Below, one piece after another: positions 28,401 to 40,036 of a DNA stretch of 51,609 nucleotides; within the stretch, counting starts at the first letter, position 1, and each line of letters opens with the position of its first letter. The stretch comes from Octopus sinensis. Its lineage: Eukaryota. The stretch is from contig NW_021831903.1 of assembly GCF_006345805.1 (NCBI RefSeq), forward strand, positions 1 to 51,609, read 5' to 3'. The notes beneath the pieces were generated by a model. That model saw only the letters and a list, made by a program, of their open reading frames with translations, had not been told where the DNA came from and did not search any database. A program made the translations under genes and the position numbers.

Positions 28401-29059
28401 TATATATAATATGTATGTATATATATATATGTATGCCATATATATATATATATATATATAATATAGATATTACATACATATATAATAATATAATGCATAT
28501 CAATATATTAGATACTAACAAACATAAACATATATATATAACACAAACTCTATATATAATATTATATATATATATATATAGATACACAAAAACAATATAT
28601 ATAGATATAATATATTTTTTTTGCTGCCTTGCTGGTATATATATATAATATATATATATTATATTATATATATATATTCTTTGCTGCGTTGCTGGTGATG
28701 GGCGTGGGTAGATGGAGATCGGTATTTTTATCGTGTGAACAATATGGCGGAAATGACATTAAAAGCATTTCTCTTTAAGCATCCTCTTCTGTCATATCTT
28801 TAACAAAGCTAAACACTTTGCGGTTTTCACTCCTACGTTTTACAAATCGCTATTATTTTACACTGTCTCCATGTCTCCTTCCGCGATTTTTACCTTTTCG
28901 TTTTCGTTTCTTTGCTTGCTTTATTTTGTTCTTACATTTTTCTGTCTTCCTCTTTGTCGCTTACAATGTCTCTCTCCTTCTCCATCTCTTTTGTCTCATT
29001 AACTCACCAATACCATTTATTATCTCACCTCTCACTCTCTCTCTCTCACACACAACACA

Positions 29060-29097
<38 letters not shown>

Positions 29098-29264
29098 TAT
29101 TTCTGGTTGTCAATTCTCTAGTTTAAAACTTCTCCGTAAACGTTTTCTCTAAATAATTTGGAAATCTGTATGGTCAAAAACATTGTGTCGGAGTGACAGA
29201 CGAAATATCAATGGCTGGTATCACATGGTTCAACAAATCTATACATCTATACATTATAGACGTA

Positions 29265-29442
29265 GGGATGGGTGTGTGGTAAGTAGCTTGCCTACCAACC
29301 ACATGGTTCTGTGTTCAGATCCATTGCGTGGCACATCGTCCAAGTGTCTTCTACTAAGATCCTACCAAATCTTGTGAGTGGATTTGGTCGACGGAAACTG
29401 AAAAGAAGCCCGTCGTATATATATATATATGTATATATATAC

Positions 29443-29485
<43 letters not shown>

Positions 29486-29680
29486 AATATATATATACAT
29501 ACATATGTATGTATTATGTGTGTGTGTGTTTACGTCCTCGTAACTTAGCTGTTCGGCAAAAGAGACCGATAGAGTAAGTACTAGGCTTGCAAAGAATAAG
29601 ATCTTGGCTATATTTCTTCGATTAAAGGTAGTGCTCCAGCATGGCTACAGTCAAATGACTGAAACAAATAAAAGAAAAAT
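29265..29680 (+). mobile_element. SINE family C, degenerate
   Basis: GGGTGTGTGGTAAGTAGCTTGCC head, internal (TA)n, GTGCTCCAGCATGGCTACAGTCAAATGACTGAAAC tail. Confidence 0.85.
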
Positions 29681-31599
29681 AAATAAAAGAACAAAGAATC
29701 TCCCAAGATAAGTAAAAAACTGGAGCCAAAATCAGAGCCACTTTGTGGCTGCTTGTGTTCCTGGAAATAGCAGTCAGATGTCTCTTAAGTCATATGCTAA
29801 CAAACCTGAAAATATTTTACATATTAAATGAAATTGCCCAAGGCACTTCATGACAAAATTTGGGGATGGTTACGACTAGAGAAGGCCTTCCATCATAAAG
29901 TCGCACCCCTAGTGCTTATCTAGAGGTCAGCATCAACAAATTTCACCCCAGTGAGCAGCGAACTCGCGGTCGAGGGATCGCGGGTTCGAACCTCAGATCA
30001 GGCGATGCCTGTGTTTATGAGCGAATCACCTAAGCGCCACGCGGCTCCGTCAGGACTTCTGCTGATTTTTTCGCCACAACTTTCTCTCACTCTTTCCTCC
30101 TGCATCTTGCAGCTCACCTGCGACGGACCGGCGTACCGTCCAGGCTGGGGAACCTATATGCCAAGGAAACTGGGAAATCGGCCCTTATGGGCCAGGCATG
30201 GTTCGAGAAGGAACAAACATACTGAAAGCATTAACAATATACTATTAAACAACACACAGTTACGCAATAACTAATTGTTGCAGAAACAGGTCGCAGTTTT
30301 GACAACATATTGCGTTAAGTGAATTTGACGCTCTTTGTGTGTCTGTGAATATCAAACTTATGTATTTCAGTTTACGATCGCCAATTATATTTTCGTTGTT
30401 TTTCCCTATAAAGAACGGAAGATAACTGCGTACGTGTTCCGTTCGGTCTTACTCTTAATCTCATTATCAAATCATAACCTTTAATATGTTAGTCAATATA
30501 TTGATGAAATGATCACTGAGTAAATTTTACAAGAGTTTGCGCTCGGTGTTGCAGTATAATTATAATACCCTGAGAATTGATAATACATAAACATCAACCG
30601 TATGGAAAATAATAGTTGAATCAGTGTGAACAAATATAAATGCTGATCACAGCGATAATATGTCATTCATATGTATGAAACCTTAGATAGTAATATCATG
30701 AGGCTGGTATATTGTAACAAAGAGTAAAATTTGAATATTAGACTTATCGGTTTGCAGTAGTTGCTATTAAAATTTGTGTATATATACGATGTATGCTACT
30801 CTTTGTATATGTAAATTGTGTGATCGAGACTTCATTCTCACCGAAGTTACTTAAAATTCTAGAATTTGTTAATGGTTCGTATCAGCAGATTTGAGTACAA
30901 CGAACTAATACGGTGGTCATTTAGTAATGAAAATATCGGTTAAATCTCTTGTCAATTACGTACAGCTTACACGAAGTAAACAAAAGTTCAAAGAATAACT
31001 CTCCAAAACAAGAGGCCTACGGGAGTTAGTCATGGAAACCCCAGTAGATAGGGACTGTGGGAATCTCGTCGTTGATGTGTGTGTCCGTGTGTTATCGACG
31101 AGGCACGAAGCGGTGAGTTCTGGGGGCGAGTTCTCGGTATCGAGCACGAGCACGAGTGCGGCCGCCGGTGTTATGGCGGGGACTAAGTCTGAGTAGTATA
31201 CAGTCAAAATGATCAGGAACGCAAGTGGCTTTTTGCGGTTGCCCTTCTCTAATCGACAGGCAAATGCTCAGTACAGGCCTGCCACTCTCATTGACCATTT
31301 TAAATTGTTGAGAGGCAGCACTTTCCGCTCTGCCCTAATTTCCTTTGAAATTTGACCTAAGGCGAAGTTACCTGACTCCAGACATTTCACTCTGAACAAT
31401 CACATAACGTCTGATAAGGGCTAGCAGCCGTCTCGGGCCGAAGAAACTGTAAGATGCACTTGACAATAAACTTAGCTGATAACCACATCTGTCGATATGT
31501 AACAACTGCTGTTCCACATAACACCACAACACAGCAGCGCTCAGATAGCGGACGAATGATCCGATGATCTCAACAATTAGTTTATTGATAAGAAAGATT

Positions 31600-31895
31600 T
31601 ATAACCCCAAAAGGATTAAAGGCAAAGTAGACCTCGGCGGAATTTGAACTCAGAACGTAGCGGCAGACGAAATACCTATTTCTTTACAACCCACAAGGGG
31701 CTAAACACAGAGAGGACAAACAAGGACAGATAAACGGATTAAGTCGATTATGTCGACCCCAGTGCAGTGCGTAACTGGTACTTATTTTTATTCGACCCCG
31801 AAAGGATGAAAGTTAAAGTCGACCACGGCGGAAGTTGAACTCAGAACGTAACGGCAGACGAAATACCGCTAAGCATTTCGCCCGGCGTGCTAACA
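31600..31895 (-). mobile_element. SINE family A, tandem/nested
   Basis: GGCAGACGAAATACC repeated at 31662-31676 and 31853-31867; tail-to-body junction at 31676/31677. Confidence 0.85.
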
Positions 31896-31961
31896 TGACC
31901 GAAAGCTTACCGTTTTATAATAATGATAATGATGATTATGATGATGATGATGATGATGATG

Positions 31962-32019
<58 letters not shown>

Positions 32020-33095
32020 TAAGGATGACGGTAATAGACGCCGTTAGTTGAATTACAACAACAAAAACATTGTCACGGAAACTTTTCGCGGATGTAAGCG
32101 ACAATAAACATTAATTTACAATATTTTACACTCGACTGTATGATTACTGATTATATAGGAAGAAATAAGCGTTTGAATTTTATGTTGACATGAGTAGAAT
32201 ATGTACTGAATACAAAGCTATTTAATAGTACTTTATTGATGATATCAAGGAAATATTTCAGAAATAATGGTTGATTTGATGACAAACTTCTCGTTGGATT
32301 GTCACGGTAACGTAACTGTCTGCTTTGTTTCCCAGCAGCAGATCATTTCCTGTCTAATAAATTGTATGAACGCCATTTTGAATTCGACTATTGAAATAGT
32401 TTATATTTTGCGTCGATGAATGTGATGTAAAAGGAAATTATAATAGCATCCACTAGTCAAATATGTTGTTGGTAGGCGTAAAAGGTAACGTTTGTTCTTG
32501 ATTTATAACATATTTCGCTGAATTAAAACAAAGAGCGTTTGGAACACCAAAAAAAAAAAAAAACAAACATATTTAGTACTGTTAACAAATAAAGTAAAGA
32601 TAATTATATTGTGTTGTCGTTTAAAAAAAACATGGCAGAAACAAAATAAAACGATATTTAGAATCAATTCTATTCAACATGTTTTTGTATGTTTGGACAT
32701 CAATGAGCAGGGTGAACCGAGACACAATATAATCTTAGTTAGATTTTATAAATGTTATCATGCACACACACACACAGAATGAAAAGGTGTGTGTGTGTAC
32801 GTATACAAGTATGAAGTGACGGGTGTGTACGTGTGTGTGTGCGCCTGCACATGTGTGTGTATGTGTGTAAACAAACACACAACCGCACAGATATGTATAT
32901 GCATATATACATATACAGTAATATATATATACACATATGCATACATATATGTATACATATATACACATATGTTTATATCTAAATATATATATATGCATCT
33001 ATGTATGTATGTGTATATATATATATGTGTGTGTATGTATGTATGTATGTATATATATATATATATACATATATATGTATGTATATATATGTACG

Positions 33096-33126
<31 letters not shown>

Positions 33127-33769
33127 TATATATATATGTAAGTATGTATGTATGTACGTACGTATGTATGTATGAACGTATGTATGTATGTATGTATGTA
33201 TGTATGTATTGATAACAGAAGAGATATAGAGAAAGAGAGAACGTTTTTCACAATAATTCTTTTCTGATAAAGAGGAAAGAGAAAATGTTTTTGCTTTTGG
33301 AAGCCAAAAACTACGCGAGATGTAAGTAAAAAGTAACAAAATTACTGAGACAAGTTATTGGTATAAAATTTTGTCATTTATTTCGATATTTCTGGTCTAC
33401 CACATCCTCCACAGTTAAAAGGAATCGTAGATTTGTTGATATGTGCTAGATTTTTTTCCCTCTGTATTGTATGGATGTGTGAAAACGTAATCTTTCTAGA
33501 TAATGCTTCATTCTGTGTTCAGTTCCGTTGTCCAATTCAGGGAATTATTTTCTGCGTTACACGGGTTTCTAGCAAACATTCGACCGAGGCTAACCTACGG
33601 TTCGATATGTTGAAACGGACTTTCGTGAGTTGGCTGGAGCAACCTTAAGTATCCTTCCATACACCCAAGAGTACATTCAAACACATACACTCACAAGCAC
33701 ACAAAGACACACACAAACACACACACATACATACACACACACACACAAATATATTCTGTTATTTTTTTA

Positions 33770-34085
33770 TTCCTTCAACTGTTTCAGTCATGTGACTGCG
33801 GCCATGCCCGCCCAAGTCCTTTAGTCGAACAAATCAACGCCAGGTATCATTCTTTGTAAGCCTTATTCTATTGGACCCTTTTGCCCAACCGCTAAGTTAT
33901 GGGGATGTAGACACACCAACATCGGTTGTCAAGCAATAGTGAAGAGACAAAACACACGTGCACACATAACCTCACACACCCTCACACACCCACACACATA
34001 AATATATATATTATACACGACGGGCTTCTTACAGTTTCCATCTACTGAAGCCACCCATAAAGTTTTAGTCGGCCCAAGGTGCCAT
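33770..34085 (-). mobile_element. SINE family C, degenerate
   Basis: TTTCAGTCATGTGACTGCGGCCATG tail and GGCCCAAGGTGCCATGC...CTGAACC head remnants. Confidence 0.75.
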
Positions 34086-34449
34086 GCATTGTGACTGAAC
34101 CTGAACCACACCTGCACACATTGCATTATCTTCTTTATCTATCCCTTCGCCTTTGCCTGTACGCCCCTCACTCTTCTCTCTCTCTCTCTCTCGATATTCG
34201 CCGTACTCTGTCCCTCTCTTCCTCACTCACTCTTCCTCCTTTGTTATCTCATTGCTGCCACGTGATCAGCGGCCATCTTTCTTTTCTTAACTTGAAATTC
34301 TTTCGTTCCTTCCGATCAGCCGCATTCTAGTCTGTCTCCTGTCAAAGCGTGTTCCTCCAGCGTTCGCCACTTCACCTCTTTCGGGTTTAGCAGCCCTTCA
34401 TGATTCTGTGACGTCCTGTGCCCTGATTCTGTGACGTCCGGTGCCCCTT

Positions 34450-35522
34450 GATGGAGGTCTGCTAGGATGAAATAGTAAGCAAAGGATCAAAAGTAATTCA
34501 GAACTCCTGGTTTAAAGTCTTAACTTTACATTTGGTTTGTAACTTAACACTACTTGACGTATTGTTATTGTTTTACAAACCTGGACTTTAAAATAAATTT
34601 ATTTACAGAACGCTCATTTCGGCTGCTTCTATTTATAATCACATTCTTTCTTCTGAACGAAATACACTATCCACAGATATCAAGATCTTAGGATACCCTG
34701 CAGTAGCACGCAACGAACGATACACAAAAGACTTGCTTTTCCAGACATCGTTCAACCTACACAAGTTAATGCGTGAAAAACTAAATCGGAATTTTGGATG
34801 CAGCTTCTATAAAACCATTTTCTAAACATCAAAGGGAGATGGGGGTCCGCTAGGATGAAATAGTAAGCAAAGGATCAAAAACAATTCAGATCCCCTGGTT
34901 TAAAGACTTAACTTTACCTTGGTTTGTAACTTAACACTACTTGACGTATTGTTATTGTTTTACAAACCTGGACTTTAAAATAAATTTCTTTACTGAACGC
35001 TTATTTCGTCTGTTGTATTTATAATCACATTCTTTCTTCTGAACGAAATACACTCGGCCACAGATATCAAGATCTTAGGATACCCTGCAGTAGCACGCAG
35101 CGAACGATACACAAAAGACTTGCTTTTCCAGACATCGCTCAACCTACACAAGTTAATGCGTGAAAAACAAAATCGGAATTCTGGATGCAGCTTCTATAAA
35201 ACCATTTTCTAAACATCAAATGGCGATGGGGTCCGCTAGGATGAAATAGTAAGCAAAGGATCAAAAATAATTCAGAACTCCTGGTTTAAAGTCTTAACTT
35301 TACATTTGGTTTGTAACTTAACACACCTTGGAGTATTGTTAATGTTTTACAAACCTGGACTTTACACTAAATTTCTTTACTGAACGCTCATTTCGCTTGC
35401 TTGTATTTATAATCACATTCTTTCTTCTGAACGAAATACACTCGGCCACAGATATCAAGACCTGAGGATACCCTGCAGTAGCACGCAACGAACGATACAC
35501 AAAAGACTTGTTTCTCCAGACA
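34450..35522. repeat. Tandem repeat of a ~388-bp unit, about 2.75 copies
   Basis: Units start at 34450, 34838 and 35225 (GATGG..GGTC(C/T)GCTAGGATGAAATAGTAAGCAAAGGATC). Confidence 0.95.
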
Positions 35523-35761
35523 ACTTTTCTTCTGTCTATCTTTTACCTTTTCTCACTCCAAGTACACTCGTACGACCTTCTGCATTGTAATGATTTCTTC
35601 ATATTTTTTTGACTTTGGTTGATGCGTTTGGTAAGATTTCACTTGTTCCTTGGGGAAATTCTTGCGCCAAATTTTATTTCATGTCTAGCTATAAAGTAAT
35701 TAGCTGTCGTAATAAAGTTATCTCTGGCATTTTTTTTGCAAATTTTACGAAATTATTGATT

Positions 35762-35825
<64 letters not shown>

Positions 35826-36289
35826 TATGTATATATTATTTTTTCTTTACTGACAGTTTGTTTCAGAGTTATAATAGAGACGAGTAAAACTAAAACTTCT
35901 TTTCCTATAGTGCCAATTATAGAATGTCTATATCCCCATTAATGTCGAGAATTCCGGTTACACTGAAATGCTTGTAAGTTCTTGTGTTTTTATCGTTTGC
36001 TTTTTATAATAAACACCACAGCAGGAGAAAGTACGGTAAGAGCTTACGAAATAGAAAAAAATAAGTACGTAGATAGATATGATTACATCACTTGATAGCA
36101 AGTATAGACAACTAAAAATACACACATCTATACAAATAAAAAGTTACTCATACATACAACACACACACACTCACGTACATATATGACTGTGAATGCATAT
36201 ATGTTTATGTATACATATATAAGAACACACGAATCCCTATATATATATGTATATATAGAGATAGATAGATAGATAGATAGATAGATAGG

Positions 36290-36450
36290 CCTAGGATGGG
36301 CTCTGTGGTAAGTAGCTTGCTTACGAACTACATGGTTTCGGGTTCAGTACCACTGCGTGGCATCTTGGGCAAGTGTTTTCTACTATAGCCTCGGGCCGAC
36401 CAAACCCTTGTGAGTGGATTTAGTAGACGGAAACTGAAAGAAGCCTGTCG
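36290..36450 (+). mobile_element. SINE family C, 5' half
   Basis: GGCTCTGTGGTAAGTAGCTTGC...GAAACTGAAAGAAGCCTGTCG, ending in (TA)n. Confidence 0.88.
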
Positions 36451-36524
36451 TATATATATGTGTATAATATATATATATATATATATATAGATGAGAAAGT
36501 TGGTTTGTGAAAACACGTGGTTGA

Positions 36525-36844
36525 ATATATAGAAAATAATAAAAGGTGAAAAAACTACAGAAGGCTTGTTTTAAAAGGTTAAAAAGTATATATTTGAGTC
36601 AATATGTCTGAAGAATATTACGAATTTTTTTCTTACAATGACATAGAACTCTTCTCAACATAAACATAACGATGTTAGAAATTTGAAAAGCTGAACGCGA
36701 AACCGGTCATTTCTTCTAAACTATGTCATTGTAAGAAAAAAATTCAGAATATTCTTCAGACATATTGACTCAAATATATATATTTTTTAACCTTTTAAAA
36801 CAAGCCTTCTGTAGTTTTTTCACTTTTTACTATTTTCTATATAT
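36525..36844. repeat. Fold-back element, ~122-bp inverted arms with a 74-bp spacer
   Basis: 36525-36646 is the reverse complement of 36721-36844 with few mismatches. Confidence 0.93.
36677..36714 (+). ncRNA. Decayed minimal type I hammerhead-like motif
   Basis: AGAAAT-TTGAAAA-GC tgaac GC-GAAAC-CG-GTC-ATTTCT: 6-bp stem I, palindromic ACCGGT and a GUC triplet, with two core mismatches. Confidence 0.45.
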
Positions 36845-36914
36845 ATAGATATATATATATATATACACATATGTGAGTGTGTGTGTATATATACATAAAT
36901 ACATATATACGTAT

Positions 36915-37036
36915 ATACGACGGGCTTCTTTCAGTTTATTCTACGAAATCCACTCACAAGGTTTTGGTCGGCCCGAGGCTATAGTAGAAGACACTTGCCC
37001 CAGATGCCACACATGTGGTTGGTAAGTAAGCTATTT
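36915..37036 (-). mobile_element. SINE family C, 5' half, inverted relative to 36290-36450
   Basis: CGACGGGCTTCTTTCAG...CACTCCTGCGC. Confidence 0.88.
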
Positions 37037-37199
37037 ACGACACAGTCACTCCTGCGCATGTGTGTTTGTGTATATATGCATTATGTTTATATATATGCAC
37101 TAAGTACATGTGTAGGTATGAAACTATGCATTTTTCATACATGCATATGTTGACGTATGCAGGTATGTATATATTTACGTAGGCGTATTCACGTGGAAA

Positions 37200-37441
37200 T
37201 AAAGAAAGAGAGAGAGAGAGAGAGAGAGAAGAAAGAAAGAAAGAAAGAAAGGAAGAGAGAGAGAAAGAAAGAAAGAATGAAAGAAAGAAAGAAAGAGAGA
37301 GAGAGAGAAAGAAAGAATGAAAGAAAGAAAGGAAGAGAGAGAGAAAGAAAGAAAGAATGAAAGAAAGAAAGAAAGAGAGAAAGAGAGAGAGAAAGAAAGA
37401 ATGAAAGAAAGAATGAAAGAGAGAAAAGAAAGAAAGATTGA

Positions 37442-37493
<52 letters not shown>

Positions 37494-37625
37494 AGAATGA
37501 AAGAGAGAAAAAAAGAAAGAAAGAAAGAAGAAGAAAGAAAGAAAGAATGAAAGAAAGAAAGAAAGAAAGGAAGAAAGGAAGAAAAGAAGAAAGAGGGAAA
37601 GAAAGAAAGAAAGAAAGAAAGAAGG
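37200..37625. repeat. (GAAA)n/(GA)n polypurine tract
   Basis: Directly visible. Confidence 0.95.
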
Positions 37626-38197
37626 AAGACCACTGCCGATTTTTTTCCTTCGCAGTCGTTCAAACTACCTCATACAATTCACCCCTTTTCTTACGCAGCG
37701 CACCCTCGTCGTCGTCGTCATCGTAGTCGTCATCGTCATAATCGTCATCATCATCATCATCATCATCATCGTCATCACCTTGTCGTCGTCTTCGCCGTCG
37801 TTGCCGGCTCATCATTATCATAACTGCATTGATTCTACCGTTATCTTCGAATCTCATTAGAAATTAACGCCGTTAGATCTTCAGAGAACTTTTTTTTGCA
37901 AGCTTTGGGATATTCTTTTGCTGAGTCGCAAAGTTATTGCTTTTAGATTATAACAGGCATCCATATTAATTAGAGATTCTATGACACAGGCCGTAATATT
38001 GAATAAAATATCTTGTGCAAAATTATTATTTTAAAGCCACAATATTCATTTTTTTTTTTCACGAAATGGCATCGTGTGATGAAGAAGAGATCATACCGGG
38101 GTGAACGCGAACTGAAATACGTGTAAAGAATGGAAGAGATTGTTTCCTTCATGTTGATTGAAGAGTGCTTCCACCTTTAGTTCAATGTTCTAAATAG

Positions 38198-38322
38198 AAT
38201 TTCGTAGCAAGTAACAGCAAAGCTGCAATCATCGCCGTCTCCATTACACCGAACAGGAGAGCAACGCTAATAACAATGGAATACAATAACAACGTTGATA
38301 CCTTCTCAACCATCGACATCAG
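38198..38322 (+). CDS. Candidate exon (NFVASNSKAAIIAVSITPNRRATLITMEYNNNVDTFSTIDI)
   Basis: Acceptors at 38196-38197 or 38206-38207, both in one open frame; CAG|GTACGC donor; no recognised homology. Confidence 0.22.
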
Positions 38323-38354
38323 GTACGCCAGTTATAAAAAATATAATACATGTT

Positions 38355-38778
38355 ATTTTTTATTTCTTTATTGCCCACAAGGGGCTAAAATTGGAGGGGG
38401 CAAACAAGGACAGACAAAGGGATTAAGACGATTACATCGACCCCAGTGCGTAACTGCTGCTTAATTTATCGTCTCCGAAAGGATGAAAGGCAAAATCGAC
38501 CTCGGCGGAATTTGACCTCAGAACGTAACGGCAGGTGAAATACTCATTTCTTTACTACCCACAGGGGGATAAACACAGAGGGGACAAACAAGGACAGACA
38601 AACGGATTAAGTCGATTACATCGAACCCAGTGCGCAACTGCTGCTTAATTTATCGACCCCGAAAAGATGTAAGGGAAAGTCGATCTCGGCGGAATTTGAA
38701 CCCAGAACCTAACAGCAGACGAAATACAGCTACGCATTTCGCCCGGCGTGCTAACGCTTCTGCCAGCTCGCCGCCTTC
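38355..38778 (-). mobile_element. SINE family A, two bodies in tandem
   Basis: Head at 38778; tail-to-body junction AAAGAAATGAGTATTTC near 38544; second tail at ~38360. Confidence 0.88.
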
Positions 38779-38799
38779 AATACATGGTTATTTCTGCCT

Positions 38800-39140
38800 T
38801 GGATAGTCAGATATAACTGGCGCTCCATCGTTTACGGTGGCGAGGTTTCAAGTGGACCCGCTCAACAAAACAGTCTGTTCATGAAATTAGCGTGCAAATG
38901 GCTGAGCAGTCCACGGAGACGCGTACCTTAATGTAGTTCTGAGGGTGATTCAACCTGACACAGAATGGGACAAGGCTGGCACCTTGGAATACAGGCACTA
39001 CTAATTTTTGCCAGCTGAGTGGACTGGAGCAATGTGAAAATAAAGTGTCTTGCTCAAGGACACAACACGCCGCTGCGAATCGAACTTGCCACCTCACGAT
39101 CGTGAGCTGTATACCCTAACCACTGCTCCACGCGTCTTCG
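38800..39140 (-). mobile_element. tRNA-derived SINE sharing the family B 3' domain
   Basis: Head GGAGCAGTGGTTAGGG...AGTTCGATTC, central GTGTTGTGTCCTTGAGCAAGACACTTT, 3' part homologous to 6740-6870. Confidence 0.75.
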
Positions 39141-39224
39141 TCTTAAGTTAGATTTCAGAGTATAAAGACAACTGCATGAAGTTCTTTGTAGACGATTCCA
39201 AATTTCAAATGAAGCAAGAATTTA

Positions 39225-39533
39225 GTTCTATATTTAAGAGATGAGGAATTATTTACATTATTTATATTATTTACATTATGTACATTCTTTACATTATTTA
39301 CATTTGACAGATATTTGTCCTCGTCTTGTTTCTTAACACAACGTTTCGGCTGATATACCCTCCAACCTTCAACAGGTGTCCTGGGGTAATTTCGAACTTG
39401 GTTCTCATTCCTAAGGTGTTTTCGATGTCGTCATCATCATCATCATCATCATCTTCTTCATCATCATCATCATCATCACCATCACCATCACCATCACTAC
39501 CATCATCACCACCATTATTTCCTTCACCATCAC

Positions 39534-39578
<45 letters not shown>

Positions 39579-39756
39579 TATTATTATTATTTTCCTTCTT
39601 TCTTCAGATTTTCTTTCGATTCTCGCTGCGAGTTTTCCGTACACCTTTAATGGTCATTCCTCTAAATTTTGTAAGTAAAAAAAGTTTTAATCTTTGGATT
39701 TTCTTAAATATGCTAGGCCATTGGTTTTAATTGATTAATATCAATTTCTACCCTTA

Positions 39757-39829
<73 letters not shown>

Positions 39830-40036
39830 AATTGAGATAGGGGTTGTGATATGCATTCCCAAATTACACACGTGAATTCACAGGTATTATTATCATTATT
39901 ATTCAGGTCACTGCCTGCAATCGAACTCGGAATCTTGGAGTTAGTAGCCCGTGCTCTTAACCACTGCGACATATGCCCGCGGGCATATGGCGCAGTGTTT
40001 AAGATGAGGACAAATATCCGTCAAATGTAAATAATG
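39225..40036 (-). mobile_element. Composite element: tRNA-like head, microsatellites and a Penelope-like tail with a hammerhead-like motif
   Basis: Head GCAGTGGTTAAGAGCACGGG...GAGTTCGATT at 39975-39915; motif at 39335-39380; inverted segments 39290-39327 and 40001-40036. Confidence 0.55.
39335..39380 (-). ncRNA. Mini type I hammerhead-like motif (variant core)
   Basis: GACAC-CTGTTGA-A-GGTTG gagggtatat CAGCC-GAAAC-GTT-GTGTT: 5-bp stems I and II, palindromic AACGTT. Confidence 0.6.

Noticed and set aside
31411-31456. Hammerhead-like CTGATAAGGGC...GCCGAAGAAACTGTA
   Set aside because: G8 is altered, there is an insertion before GAAAC, and no convincing stem I.
33523-33624. 102-nt open exon with a GTGAGT donor (similar cases at 16668-16742 and 680-744)
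   Set aside because: Splice-like motifs with short open frames are expected by chance over 50 kb; no recognisable homology.
34450-35522. Retrozyme interpretation of the 388-bp tandem
   Set aside because: The size fits, but no CTGANGA core was found on either strand of the unit.
37830-37890. Minus-strand CTGAAGA...CGAAGATAACGGTA
   Set aside because: GAAA is altered and stems I and III are weak.
38190-38330. 45-aa hydrophobic minus-strand ORF (MSMVEKVSTLLLYSIVISVALLFG...)
   Set aside because: Short, antisense to an A/C-rich tract that naturally gives hydrophobic codons, and otherwise unsupported.
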